Below, one piece after another: positions 47,384 through 58,320 of a DNA stretch of 64,000 nt; positions within the stretch are counted from its first letter, which is position 1, and each line of letters opens with the position of its first letter. The notes below the pieces were generated by a model. The model was not told the DNA's origin, did not search any database, and was given only the letters and a program-made list of their open reading frames with translations. This stretch comes from Candidatus Latescibacterota bacterium (lineage in GTDB: Bacteria; Latescibacterota; UBA2968; UBA8231), in assembly GCA_965197905.1 (NCBI GenBank), contig CBDAOB010000005.1, forward strand, positions 448,001-512,000. Reading direction: 5' to 3'. The translations under genes were made by a program, and so were the position numbers.

Positions 47384-49360
47384 ATGAAAAACTCTGCTGC
47401 CACCGTGTTGCAACCCGACGTTTCGCTGCCGGATCTGCGTCTTGCCGAAGTGCGCCATACGAAGTCACCGTGGACTTTGCGCTCCTATGCTAGCAGAGAG
47501 ATCTGGGAATCCAGGGCGTCGCAGATCCGCGAGCACATCCTGGTCACCTCCGGACTCTGGCCGCTGCCCCAGCGCACAAGACTCAACGCCCGACTGTTTG
47601 AACCTGCGCAGCGAGACGGGTACTCCATCGAGAAGGTGTACTTCGAGAGTTTCCCCGGGTTCCTGGTATGCGGAAACCTCTACCGTCCGCTTCGCGGCGG
47701 GCTTGCCCCGGCGGTTTTGTGTCCTCATGGTCACTGGAAGCGGGGGCGATTGGAGCATTCGGAAGCGGGTTCGGTCCCTGGTCGCTGTATCAACCTTGCG
47801 CGGCAAGGGCACGTAGCTTTCTCCTATGACATGATCGGCTACAACGACAGCGATCAGATCCGGCACCGGGACCTCGCCGGCCCCCGCGGATCTCTCTGGG
47901 GCATTGGTCTTCTCGGACTGCAGCTCTGGAACAGCATTCGGGCGCTCGACTTTCTCAGCTCCCTTCCAGGCGTGGACAAGAACCGGGTCGGCTGCACCGG
48001 CGCTTCGGGGGGAGGCAGTCAATCCTTTCTCCTGGCCGCCGTCGATGACCGGGTTGCCGCTGCGGCGCCGGCCGTTATGGTGGCAGCCGACTTTCAGGGA
48101 GGATGTGTCTGCGAGAACCAGGGGCATCTACGCCTCGACATCAACAACGTCGAAATCGCCGCGACCATGGCTCCAAAACCCCTCCTATTGGTGGCGGCGA
48201 GCGGCGACTGGACCGTCCACACCATGGAGGTTGAATACCCGGCGATCCGCGAGATCTATCGACTCTACGGGGCGGAGGATCGGGTCCGTGCCGCGATCGT
48301 TGACGCACCCCATAACTTCAATCGAGAAAGTAGAGAGGTGGTCTACGGTTTCTTCAGCAGGTGGTTCCTTAAGCAGAACGGCAGGGTCCGGGAACGGCGA
48401 TTTACCGTCGACGCCGATGAAGAGCTCCGGGTTTTCAGCAGACGATCGAAACCACGCCGGTTACTAAACGAGAGAGGTGTGACAGATTCGCTGATACGCC
48501 GCTCCCATCGCAGTCGGCCCGCGCTGCACGCCGACCGCCCATCGACGCTGCGCGGGTTTAGAGCCTCGGCGAAACCTGGATTGAGCCACGCCCTCGGGGT
48601 CCGCTGTCCGCTGCCAGAGGACCTGTTCCTCAAGGAGATGGGGCGGGAACGTGGCAAAGCCCACACCGCGCAACGCAAGCTTCTCGGACGCAGGGAATCG
48701 GGTGAGCGCGTGCCCGCGATTTTCTACGGGCCTTTGGGGTGCGGCAGACGCGCGCGGGCGGCATTGGTGGTTCACCCCGAAGGGAAAGCAGCCCTGGTCG
48801 ATGCGCGGGGCCGTCCGAAGAAGGAGATTGCGGACCTGCTGAGCGCCGGGATCTGTGCGCTCACCATCGATCCGTTTCTCACGGGCGAGTCAGCGCCGGC
48901 TCCGACCCAAGACGGCGGCGCCTACGTGACGACCTACAATCAGACCTGCGCGGCCCGCAGGGTGCAGGACATCATCACCTCCCTGGCATATCTCAAGAGC
49001 CGGACCGATGTGGGATCCGTTCATCTCGTCGGCCTCGGCGACGCCGGGTTGTGGTGTCTGATGGCACGTGTTTTCTTCAAGGAGGCGGTGCGGACCGCCA
49101 TCGATTTCAATCGCTTCGACGTGGACGACGACGAGAGCTGGTGCTCCCGGTTCTTCGTACCGGCGCTACGCAGTTCGGGGGATGTTCGGTCTGCGCTGAG
49201 CCTGATAGCGCCCGGACAATTGCTCATTCACAACGCCGGGCCCTTCTTCCCCAGGCGGTGGGCGCGCACTGCCTACCGGGCGGCTGGGAGCTCAACCGCG
49301 CTGAAACTCGAAACGGGGCGGCTAAAATGGAGCACGGTAAAGACATGGCTGACAGGATGA
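47384..49360 (+). CDS. Acetylxylan-esterase-like protein with tandem alpha/beta hydrolase domains
   Basis: EKVYFES.PG..V.GNLYRP, PHGH, YDMIGY, nucleophile elbow GASGGG, APKPLL. Confidence 0.75.
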   Translation: MKNSAATVLQPDVSLPDLRLAEVRHTKSPWTLRSYASREIWESRASQIREHILVTSGLWPLPQRTRLNARLFEPAQRDGYSIEKVYFESFPGFLVCGNLYRPLRGGLAPAVLCPHGHWKRGRLEHSEAGSVPGRCINLARQGHVAFSYDMIGYNDSDQIRHRDLAGPRGSLWGIGLLGLQLWNSIRALDFLSSLPGVDKNRVGCTGASGGGSQSFLLAAVDDRVAAAAPAVMVAADFQGGCVCENQGHLRLDINNVEIAATMAPKPLLLVAASGDWTVHTMEVEYPAIREIYRLYGAEDRVRAAIVDAPHNFNRESREVVYGFFSRWFLKQNGRVRERRFTVDADEELRVFSRRSKPRRLLNERGVTDSLIRRSHRSRPALHADRPSTLRGFRASAKPGLSHALGVRCPLPEDLFLKEMGRERGKAHTAQRKLLGRRESGERVPAIFYGPLGCGRRARAALVVHPEGKAALVDARGRPKKEIADLLSAGICALTIDPFLTGESAPAPTQDGGAYVTTYNQTCAARRVQDIITSLAYLKSRTDVGSVHLVGLGDAGLWCLMARVFFKEAVRTAIDFNRFDVDDDESWCSRFFVPALRSSGDVRSALSLIAPGQLLIHNAGPFFPRRWARTAYRAAGSSTALKLETGRLKWSTVKTWLTG

Positions 49361-50910
49361 GAACGGGCAACGTCAATCCGGGGTTTCTTCGCCGTGTAAG
49401 GGTGCTGGTGGGCCTTCTACTCTGCCTCCGGGGCCGAGACGTTTCCTCTGCTCGGCAATTGATGAACACCCGGTTTGCGGGAGTTGGCCTGCCGCGCCGC
49501 TTTCTCAAGCTGCTGGCCTGGGCGTTCGATGTGATGTGGCGCGAGATCCCCGAGGCAATGCACTTGATCAGTCTCGATAAGGAGCTGTCCACTACGCCGT
49601 ACTGGCTAACCGCTCCGAATCCGCTGGAAAACCACCCCTGGGAATCGGATGCCCAAGCGAAGCTTCCCGAGACCGCGGAGGTCGTTGTGGTTGGTGCCGG
49701 TTTCGGTGGCGCTTCGGTGGCCTACCACTGGTCGAAACACGGGTCGCAACCGCTGGTGGTCCTGGAGCGGAACGAAGCGGCCAGCGGCGCCGCTGGCCGC
49801 AACGGCGGCATTGTGGTGATGGCCGGGGGAAACTACCACGGTTATTACGTTCACGATCCAGTTTTCAATTACATGTCGCAGAAATTTCCTGAACTGTCAG
49901 AGACCGAACGGAAGCAGCGGGCGACAGACTTCGTGGCGGTCTACGTCGACGCGGTCCAGGCCAGTCACGAGATGATCAAACGGACCTTGGCGGAAGAGGG
50001 GATAAACTGTGATTACGAGCAGCGAGGGTGGGTGTTTTTCGCAGACGACGTTACGCACGAGAAACTGGAAACATCTCTGCAGATGGGAGATCGTCTCGAT
50101 CACTCCGATTGGGTACGACGCTCGCCCGCGGAGATCGCCAGCCGCTGCGGCGCCTCTACGGAACTGACCGGAGCCGAATCCGTCGGAAGCGCCACCTGGC
50201 ACCCGGCAAAGTGGGTTTGGGGTTTGCTGCAGAAAGCGATCGAGAAACCCAGTGTCGAACTCTTCACCCGGACCACCGTAACTGCTGTTGAACGGGATGG
50301 GGACAGCTACGTGGTGAAGACCGATCGCGGATCTATACGCGCCCGTCACGTCGTCAACGCGACCGAGTCGCACACCTGCTCAGTCTTTGCGAACTTCACC
50401 AGGGGCATTCCAAACCTGGTTACGCCTCACAAAGAGCAGGGGATGCATGCCAGCGGCGGACCGCCTACCTTGGCGCAGCAGGTGGGGATCAGTGGTCCCC
50501 TGGGTTGGTACACCCGAGTCGCGGCGGGTGGCATGGTTTTCGGGTCCGACCACACGCCGGTCGGCCAGCATCAGGCGGGCATGAACAGTCCTTCACGCTT
50601 CATCACGTTATACAGGGCGGCTGCCTTTGGGGAGAACTGGACACCGGAACCGTTGCGGGTTACCCACGAATGGACCGGAACTACCTCCACCACCCCTGAC
50701 AAATTTCCGATCGTCGGTTTGCTGGACGATCACGGATTGTACATGATCGGTGGGTTTGCCGGTGCCGGCTCAGCGGTCTCGTTCAATGCCGGCAACACGA
50801 TTGTGGAGCGGATCCTGGGCAAGCGAAGTGATCCGGAGTACCATCCTGAGGAGTTCTTTTCAGTGGAGCGTTTCCGGGACAGCGCGCACTACGGCCGCCG
50901 AAGCGATTAG
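49357..50910 (+). CDS. FAD-dependent oxidoreductase (DAO/PuuB-like) with N-terminal extension
   Basis: PYW, VVVVGAGFGG, GAAGRNGG, HPAK, WTG...TPD..P; ATGA overlap. Confidence 0.82.
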   Translation: MRTGNVNPGFLRRVRVLVGLLLCLRGRDVSSARQLMNTRFAGVGLPRRFLKLLAWAFDVMWREIPEAMHLISLDKELSTTPYWLTAPNPLENHPWESDAQAKLPETAEVVVVGAGFGGASVAYHWSKHGSQPLVVLERNEAASGAAGRNGGIVVMAGGNYHGYYVHDPVFNYMSQKFPELSETERKQRATDFVAVYVDAVQASHEMIKRTLAEEGINCDYEQRGWVFFADDVTHEKLETSLQMGDRLDHSDWVRRSPAEIASRCGASTELTGAESVGSATWHPAKWVWGLLQKAIEKPSVELFTRTTVTAVERDGDSYVVKTDRGSIRARHVVNATESHTCSVFANFTRGIPNLVTPHKEQGMHASGGPPTLAQQVGISGPLGWYTRVAAGGMVFGSDHTPVGQHQAGMNSPSRFITLYRAAAFGENWTPEPLRVTHEWTGTTSTTPDKFPIVGLLDDHGLYMIGGFAGAGSAVSFNAGNTIVERILGKRSDPEYHPEEFFSVERFRDSAHYGRRSD

Positions 50911-50995
50911 CAGGCTGCGTAGGCGCGACGTCGTGACGGACAAAGGTTCGGTAGGATCGCGTGCCGCTGGCTGAAAAACCGTACGAGGAGATACG

Positions 50996-51520
50996 ATGTC
51001 GAAACCGAAGGTGTATCTGAGCTGTCCTCTTCAACCGGAGGTCCGGGAGCTGCTCGCCGAAACCACCGAAGTCGCTTACTAGCCCGAATGGACCCCGGTG
51101 CCGCAGGATATATTGAAGAAGGAATGTGCCGACGCCAGCGGATTGATGATCCAGGTATTCAACACAGTGGATGCCGCACTGTTGGAATCGTCATCAGACA
51201 TGAAGGTCGTCTCCATCGTCGGCAGTGGCACGGAATGCGTCGACATCGAGACAGCGACCCGCAAGGGCATTCCGGTGGGCAATACACCCGGGGCGGCCAG
51301 CAAGGGCACGGCGGACATGGCGATGGCACTGCTTCTGGCCGGAGCTCGTCGCATCGCCGAGATCGACAGGTGGACCCGCGCCGGAAATTGGGAACACGAC
51401 CTTTCCACCATGGATCTGGTGGGGCAGGAGGTGCACGAAAGCACGCTGGGAATCGTGGGTTTGGGAAAGATCGGTGCGGAGATGGCGAAGCGGGCAAAGG
51501 GGTTGGACAGTTGGCGTTGA
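50996..51520 (+). pseudogene. D-2-hydroxyacid dehydrogenase remnant (in-frame TAG at 51080; C-terminal half missing)
   Basis: GAGGAG RBS, MSKPKVY; GNTPG, TADMA.ALLLA.ARR, LGIVGLGKIG, then stop. Confidence 0.8.
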
Positions 51521-51902
51521 GCAGTTCGGAGGTGAATCGAGCTTTGCCACCAGAGAAGACAAACGGAGAGAGAAGGTGGGGCAGGGCACACCGGTAAAGC
51601 TCCACTTCCAGGTGGGTGAAGACCCTTCGTCGAGCAGGTCGTTGAACGTCCGGTTCCACCTCTGGGAGCTCACCGCCAAAGACGAACTCCGAATAACCCT
51701 CAATGGCAACCCGCTGACAGGCCTAAGGCCCTCCGTGCAGCTGGGGGCGGACCCTTCAGGGTGCTGGCTTGAAGAATCGATTGCGAAGGATATGGTGCGG
51801 GCCGGGAACAACGAGGTCGAGGTTGTTCTCGAGCAGCGCAACGAAGCCGTGAGCTCGGAGCTGGTACTCGATGCCGTGCAGCTGGATATGCGGTGTTCCT
51901 GA
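51521..51902 (+). pseudogene. Orphan C-terminal beta-sandwich fragment of another gene
   Basis: Frame LHFQVGED...DELRITLNGNPL...VRAGNNEVEV...AVQLDMR without a credible start. Confidence 0.5.
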
Positions 51903-51956
51903 AGCGGTAGAAATCGCTCGCAGTGGGTAACGTTCCGCGCTGTCACGATAACCCAC

Positions 51957-54548
51957 TCAGTCGATCGCTTCCATTTCCACTGTTTCCACGGGTCGATCGG
52001 ATCGTTCCAAGATATATGTGGCCCCCGCCTTCGTCGGCGTCTCCAGCGTCCATCTGCCGCTCTGGTCTGCCGCCAGGTCCACCGTTTTGGCGTCCTGCCT
52101 TGAGAACCGACAGACCATCGCTTCGAATACCACCTCACCGTTGTCCAGACACCGCAACCTGACAAGCAGTGGCTCGCCCTCGCCGAACGGCGAGGCGATG
52201 CGGAGGTTCTGGCCGGCCAGGCTGTGGACAACGGCGTACGGAATCTCCGATCCCCGCTTCTCGGACGTAATCAGAAATGCGCCGGCGGTACGCAATGAGT
52301 GGAAGCGAGCGGACACGTCCCGGGGAACGCCGGGGAAAAGGTGAATGGTGCCTCCCAGACTCAGCAACAACATGTCGTTGAGGGCGCGTCCCATCCCCGG
52401 CGCGTGATCGACCATGAACTTGGGGTTCTCCCAGCTGCGACGGAAGCCAAGGGTCGGCTCCGCCGCGATTCGCGCCAACCTCTGAGCCTCCTCGGGCAAT
52501 CCCAGTCGAACGGCATTGGCCGTGAAATAACCACACCAGTCGCGTTCCATGTCGAAGAGCGAGATTCCATGTTCGCGCTCTTGGTGAGCGGCGGCGACCG
52601 CTCTTTCATACCACTGTCGCGATCCGTGATACAAACTCACCTGCTCGAACGGAAAGACGGGACAGGTCAGCCAGGGCCCATGAGCTTTTTTGAAGAGGGG
52701 AGGTTTGTCTTCGAACGCCTTCCAGGCGTTTGTCTCGACATCGACCGGAAAGTCGGGCAAGCGTGCCAGACGCCGCGTCCAACGCCCGCGGTCGGATGTG
52801 TCGTTGCCCAGTATTTCCGCCGCCGCGAGTGTTAGCTCCCACAGTCGTCGCACGGCCGCCAGGTCGTACTGAGAATTCACCCCCCAGCCCTCCAGACTGC
52901 CGGTATTTACCTCCCAGCAGATGGATGGGGCGATCCTTCCCCGGTCGTCGTGGAACGACAGGTAGTCTTCCGAGAACCGAGTAACCTCTCGCAGCAGTGG
53001 ATATCCCCATTCCTGCAGATAATCCAAGTCACCGCTGTACTCGTAGTAGTCCCAGAACAGGGACGCCAGCCAGCATGCCGGACTCATGGAGGCGAGGAGG
53101 GGGAGGACCGTCGCGTTGCCGGTGGGGTTTCCGAAGACGTCGCAGGAGTGCGGCAAGTACGACCCTTCCATCTCGAAGAACTCCCGCGTGTCGCGCTGGC
53201 ACCGGGGCAGGATACTCAGGTAGAACGCCAGCAATGGCTCCACGAGGTCGAGCCGGTTGGCGGTGAAGCAGCTCCAGTAGGTCGCCTGGATATTGAGGTT
53301 GGCGTGGTAGTCAGCGCGCCAAGCCGGTTGGTGCTCCTTGATCCAGGCTCCTTGCAGACCAGGAGAGTGTTTACCGGCACGCAGACATGACCCGCAGATG
53401 TACAGGGCCCGGTACCAGCCTCGCTCTGCATCTTCGTCGTCGATGGCCACGTAACCACGGTTCCAGTAAAACCTCCACCATTCAGCATGGCGTTTTTCCA
53501 CCTCGTCCGCACCGTCCTCGACTGCGGTTTGCAATCTGCTGCCAGCCAGGGCCGCCGGGTCTTGGGCGTCAAGTTCCGTGACAACCGTCGAATAGATAAC
53601 CAGTTCGCCGTCTGCCAGATCAACGTCCCCAAGAAAGCGGTGGCCGGCCTGCTGCCAGTTCAGATCGTGGTCGCCCCGGATTCCGATTACGTAGGAATCG
53701 CCGGCGGGCAAACGATAACGGAGCAAAAGGGTGGAATCTGCGACGGAAACCTCCGGCGCCGGCACGTCTGCCTCGGGGCTGCGGGAGTATTCGATTCCCA
53801 CCGGTCCCAGCGGATAGACGCCGGGTGTCAGGCGAGTGAGTAAAACCTCGTGCGGCTGGGATACCAACGCGCGGATAGTGGTCGGCGCGCCTCGCGCCCG
53901 CTGACCTTGCTGGTATTGGCCGGCGGGCAAGAACGTGGTTTCGCTGGTTGCGCGGTAAAGGTTGTGGTGTTGGGAACAACGGGCGTTGATAGCAGCTTCG
54001 GCGACTCGCAGTCGCAGCACCCCTGCTGGCATAAAGCAGGGCAACGGATAGGTGGGCAGGGTGGCAGCCAAGCGCAGATACTCTTCCTCATCTTGCGACT
54101 CGTAACACCGACGCAACTCTGCGAACGTGCACTGGGGCAGGAATCCGCGGCCGGGATCTCGTCGGTCCCACAAGTCCGTTTTGCCGAACACCATCGACAG
54201 GTTGTCTGGAAAGCCGTGAACCGCCACGCCCAGATCACCGTTACCAAGCATCGCACCACGGGTCCAATCCGCCGAAGGTCCGTACGGCTCGCCCCAGGTT
54301 AGATCGTGTCGTCCAACTCTCGACTCCAGATCAAGGGTCCAGCGCGCCTGCTTTTGCGGGAGCGTTTCCGTGGGAAGGGATCGCACAATCAGAGGCCGTG
54401 GGGTTTGCGGCAGGTTTCCGGCAGCGAATTCGTTGGCCGCCGCGCCTTGGATAGCACGTCGCAACATCTCCGTGCGACCGGAGTCTGTCGGCAGGGCACG
54501 TCGGGCGCGCTCACTCCACTGGCGTACGAGGTCAGCTTTGGAGGTCAT
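51957..54548 (-). CDS. GH95-like glycoside hydrolase
   Basis: LGNGDLG, DLWD, H..WW..YW, PGLQGAW, W.ADYH.NLN.Q..YW, MLL.S.GG.I.LFP. Confidence 0.75.
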   Translation of the reverse strand: MTSKADLVRQWSERARRALPTDSGRTEMLRRAIQGAAANEFAAGNLPQTPRPLIVRSLPTETLPQKQARWTLDLESRVGRHDLTWGEPYGPSADWTRGAMLGNGDLGVAVHGFPDNLSMVFGKTDLWDRRDPGRGFLPQCTFAELRRCYESQDEEEYLRLAATLPTYPLPCFMPAGVLRLRVAEAAINARCSQHHNLYRATSETTFLPAGQYQQGQRARGAPTTIRALVSQPHEVLLTRLTPGVYPLGPVGIEYSRSPEADVPAPEVSVADSTLLLRYRLPAGDSYVIGIRGDHDLNWQQAGHRFLGDVDLADGELVIYSTVVTELDAQDPAALAGSRLQTAVEDGADEVEKRHAEWWRFYWNRGYVAIDDEDAERGWYRALYICGSCLRAGKHSPGLQGAWIKEHQPAWRADYHANLNIQATYWSCFTANRLDLVEPLLAFYLSILPRCQRDTREFFEMEGSYLPHSCDVFGNPTGNATVLPLLASMSPACWLASLFWDYYEYSGDLDYLQEWGYPLLREVTRFSEDYLSFHDDRGRIAPSICWEVNTGSLEGWGVNSQYDLAAVRRLWELTLAAAEILGNDTSDRGRWTRRLARLPDFPVDVETNAWKAFEDKPPLFKKAHGPWLTCPVFPFEQVSLYHGSRQWYERAVAAAHQEREHGISLFDMERDWCGYFTANAVRLGLPEEAQRLARIAAEPTLGFRRSWENPKFMVDHAPGMGRALNDMLLLSLGGTIHLFPGVPRDVSARFHSLRTAGAFLITSEKRGSEIPYAVVHSLAGQNLRIASPFGEGEPLLVRLRCLDNGEVVFEAMVCRFSRQDAKTVDLAADQSGRWTLETPTKAGATYILERSDRPVETVEMEAID

Positions 54549-54635
54549 CTTCGAGCCGTTGTTGGAAGTCGCGCATACGACTTAGTATAATTCAACAATT
54601 CCCCTGTTCCCACCATTCCAGCGAGACTCGACCCA

Positions 54636-56147
54636 ATGGCCAAACCGAAGAATGTGCTACTCATCATCGCAGACCAGTGGCGTGCAGACTGTTTGGGGAG
54701 CGCGGGCAACAGGGTGATTCAAACACCGAACCTCGACAGATTGGCAGCTGAAGGCACGCACTTTACCTCCTGCTTCAATCAAACGGCGCCGTGCGGCCCC
54801 AGTCGCATGTGTATCTATACCGGTCGTTACATGTGTTCAACGCGTTCGGCTCACAACTGCACGCCGCTGGAGAACGCCGAAGAGAATTTCGGTTTCGTGC
54901 TGCGCAGCGCCGGTTACGATCCGGGTCTCATCGGCTACAACGACTATGGCATCGATCCGTCGATCTTGCCGGATAGCGATTTTCGCACCCATTCCTTGAA
55001 CTATGCAAACGTCCTACCGGGCATCGAACGGGTGCTCTATCACGAGTACGACAGTCCCGAGTATTTCGCGTCACTGCGGCAGAAGGGGTATCCGGAAGAG
55101 TTGCTCAATCACAGAGCGATCCACCTCCCGAACGTGCCCGCCGAAGGTCCAAGCGAGCATCTGGACTCTTATTTTCCGGCAAAATACAAGAGGGAAGACA
55201 GCGAGTGCCGTTACCTGACCGAAACGGCCATCGAGTACGTAACGCAGCGCGGGGAACGGGGAGACGCCCGAGGTTGGGCGCTGAGTCTCAACTACATCAA
55301 ACCCCACCCTCCCAACGTCTGCTGCGATCCGTACCATCGCATGTACATGGATGCAGATTTTCCAGCTGCCGCCCGCAACCCACGGGAGATCGAGACACCC
55401 CACCCCTACTGGCAATTTCATTGGAACAAACTGAGTGAGCCCGATCTGACCAACGAGCGTCATCGGCACGAGTATGCCGCCGCCTACTACGGCATGATCA
55501 GCGAGGTCGACGAAAATCTAGGGTTGCTCTTCCAAACTTTGAAGGATTCGGGCCAATGGGAAGACACCTTGATCGTGTTTACATCGGACCATGGGGAATA
55601 CTTGGGAGACCATTACTTGACTGGCAAGGGTCATTTCTACGACGGCTCCCTGCACATTCCGTGTCTGGTTCGAGATCCCTCACCAGCGGCCGACGGTACC
55701 CGCGGCCAGCACCTGGATCCCTTGGTGGAATCCGTCGATGTTGCTCCCACCATTCTCCAGTGGACCGGTACCGAGATTCCCGATGTGGTGCAGGGGCGAA
55801 GTCTGCTGCCAGCGGTTCGCGGAGAGCCATATGTCGAGAAAACTGAAGTCTTCCACGAATACGATTACCGGCAGGGGGTGCTGCGGGTGGACCGGAGCGC
55901 GGATCCGGATAAACACATGGCCTGGGTGGTGCGCGACCGGGCGGTCAAATACGTGCAGTTCGCCGACCCGGACATGCCCCCATTGCTATTCGACCTAGCC
56001 GCCGATCCAGCCGAACTAGAGAATCTGGCAGCCAGGGAAAGTCACACACCCACCGTGGCAACCTATTGTCAGAAACTGTTGCGCTGGCGCATGTACAACG
56101 AAGACCAGCGCATGGAACACTGGGCGCAACAGCTCTGGTTCCAATAA
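54636..56147 (+). CDS. Sulfatase superfamily hydrolase, phosphonate monoester hydrolase-like
   Basis: NVLLIIADQWR, CGPSR (CxPxR), KPHPP, FTSDHGE, LFDLAADP.E; no signal peptide. Confidence 0.85.
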   Translation: MAKPKNVLLIIADQWRADCLGSAGNRVIQTPNLDRLAAEGTHFTSCFNQTAPCGPSRMCIYTGRYMCSTRSAHNCTPLENAEENFGFVLRSAGYDPGLIGYNDYGIDPSILPDSDFRTHSLNYANVLPGIERVLYHEYDSPEYFASLRQKGYPEELLNHRAIHLPNVPAEGPSEHLDSYFPAKYKREDSECRYLTETAIEYVTQRGERGDARGWALSLNYIKPHPPNVCCDPYHRMYMDADFPAAARNPREIETPHPYWQFHWNKLSEPDLTNERHRHEYAAAYYGMISEVDENLGLLFQTLKDSGQWEDTLIVFTSDHGEYLGDHYLTGKGHFYDGSLHIPCLVRDPSPAADGTRGQHLDPLVESVDVAPTILQWTGTEIPDVVQGRSLLPAVRGEPYVEKTEVFHEYDYRQGVLRVDRSADPDKHMAWVVRDRAVKYVQFADPDMPPLLFDLAADPAELENLAARESHTPTVATYCQKLLRWRMYNEDQRMEHWAQQLWFQ

Positions 56148-56218
56148 GCCACTCGCGTTGCAGCCGGATTTCGCGACAATTCCTCGGCCTCGCGACAAAA
56201 CGCATTTCACCACGCCCC

Positions 56219-57135
56219 CTAGGCAAGCCACTCCGGGTAGCGGTCCCGCATGTTCTTCATGACCGCTTCGTACACCTCCATATCGAAGCACTTGTACGGC
56301 GATAGCAGGCGCAGCGGCATATCGATGCCGCTGCCGCGCACGATCATCTTGTCGTAACAGCCGTCGATACCCTCACGGGCAAGCGTCGGCACGTCGAAGT
56401 CAGTCATCACCCGTTCGTACTCCGCCAGCATCGGAAACAGTTTGTCCCAGTTCTTGTCGACACCGTACTGAAAGAACTCCTTGGTCTTGCTGGGAAACAG
56501 TCCGCCGTAGGAGCTCAATAGGGAACACTCACCGTAAAGGCAGCCAATGGGAAATCCCAACTCCCCGTAAAAGTGCTGCAACTCGGGCGCATTGGTGGCG
56601 AGGTTTGCCACGTCGCCGATGTCCGAGCGACAGTTCTTGGTGCCGGCGATATTCGGAATGGCATCGGCCAGGCGCCGGTAGTCCTCGCCCCGCAGCAGCC
56701 TCCGGCCTCGGGGCAAGTTGTAATGAATGAAGCGACAATCCGGAAACGTTCCGCACACGTCGCCGAAGTAGATCATGTATTCCTCGTCGTCCAGTTCACC
56801 CCACGGCGTCAGGGCGATTTGAAACGTGCGGATTCCCAGGTCGTGGGCAAAAGAAATGCGCTCTACCACCTGGCCCGTGGACATGCCAATGATGCCTACC
56901 ATCGGATATACGTCTGGTTTGTCCACCTCCTCTTGAAAGATCTCCACGATCTGCTTGAACTGCGACAGGGTTACGGCATACCCTTCGCCCGCCGTACCAA
57001 AGATGTACAGGTGATTGAAACCCTTGTTGAGTGTCGCCCTGACCTCGCTGCGAAAGACTCCTCCAGGAGCTCTTCGTTGTCGTTCCACGGGATTTCGCAA
57101 CTGACCAGCAGCGCCTGAGGGTAGCGCATCTCCAT
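56219..57135 (-). pseudogene. Dihydrodipicolinate synthase (class I aldolase) family protein with a 1-nt frameshift near 57058
   Basis: GGAGG RBS plus MEMRYPQALLVSCEIPW in one frame; FGTAGEG, HYN, GTK in the next. Confidence 0.8.
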
Positions 57136-57283
57136 TGTGACCTCCGCTTTAACGAGTTTTAGAACCGACCGGAATATAACATCCGCCTCTCCGTGATCCA
57201 GAAAGGGTTTTCGTCCGGGGTTCCATTGTTTTCGGGCCAATCTTGTTCCTATTTTCAACAGAGCGCCCCAAAACAGAGATCAG

Positions 57284-58319
57284 ATGCGCGATAGAATACT
57301 CTTCCTGCTGCTACTGACACCGCCGATTGTTCATGCAAGCGAGGCCGTCGACTATCCGGATCTGCAGCAAGTATCGACGCGCAACCTACTCCTGAAACGG
57401 CAACTGCCCAGCTACCAGGTTTCCGGACGCCCCGATAGGGCACAACATTTCCGCCGGCCGTAATGCGGTCTCCGTGGATGCCACCGGGGTTTTCCCGGGC
57501 CAGGATGAGGATCAGGATGGCTGGCCCGACACCAACCGCAACTTCGACGAGATTCCGGATTATGACGAGCCGTTTCTCATGTTCTATGTGGAACCGAACG
57601 AATACGTCTACGGCCTCGACCGCAACAACAATACTGAACCGGACGTGCGCGAGGACGACCGCGAGGTGGATTATCCGTACGATCCGCTGGCCTTCCAGAA
57701 AAGCTTCGTGAACGATACCTACCTCGAAGGTGTGTTCGAGCCGCTGCCGTTGCTTTATTTGACTCAGAAATGGCGTTTGCGGCTGAACTGGCAGAAAGGC
57801 GGCGAGCTACCTGGCGGCGCTACCCAGCGCCGCCGGCGCCTGGACTTCGGCACCTCCGTAAGCAAGCTGCAGTACTCCCTGCATTTCGGTCGCTTGGAGA
57901 TTTCTCCGCAGTTCAAGCTGCTCTTCTTGAAGCTGATCGACCGGGATGCGGACCGCCGACCGAACGGGGGCTACAGTAGCCGCGACCTGCGCTCCGAATA
58001 CCACCTCATACCTATCGTTCGCCTGCGATACGCGCTGCTCGAGCGCACCAGCTTGCGCCTCGGAATCCAGGGGATTGGGCCACTGCCCTATCGCCTGAAG
58101 GATTCGGTCCGCTCCCGGGAGAGTCTGGAGCGCCGCACCACTACGCTCACCCTCACTAACCGATCCCGATACTTCGGCTACGACCTCTACACGATCGTGG
58201 GCATGGGCCGCGATCAACGAGAGTTCGCCGACACCTTTCGCCGCGCCGAGGAATTCGATCGCCTCAACATCTTCGTCCGCGCGCTCATCGGGTTCACCGG
58301 ATACGGGGTGCTCCTTTGA
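57284..58319 (+). pseudogene. Internally deleted copy of the paralog-3 outer-membrane protein
   Basis: Signal peptide MRDRILFLLLL...LQQVSTRNLLLKRQLPSY, then a frameshifted jump to RFPD..IG...GVFPGQDED, then DYPYD joined directly to PLAFQ. Confidence 0.8.
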
Positions 58320-58320
58320 G

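Noticed and set aside
48739..49356. Long N-terminal extensions in the ORF track (also 10707, 45597, 3112, 5091)
   Set aside because: They overlap upstream genes or look non-coding; better starts with RBS or stop-start coupling lie downstream
51080..51082. In-frame TAG as pyrrolysine or stop-codon recoding
   Set aside because: TAG is a normal stop for other genes here and the gene is also truncated
56171..56198. TCGCGACAA direct repeat between convergent genes
   Set aside because: Only two short copies, in a position with no promoter context
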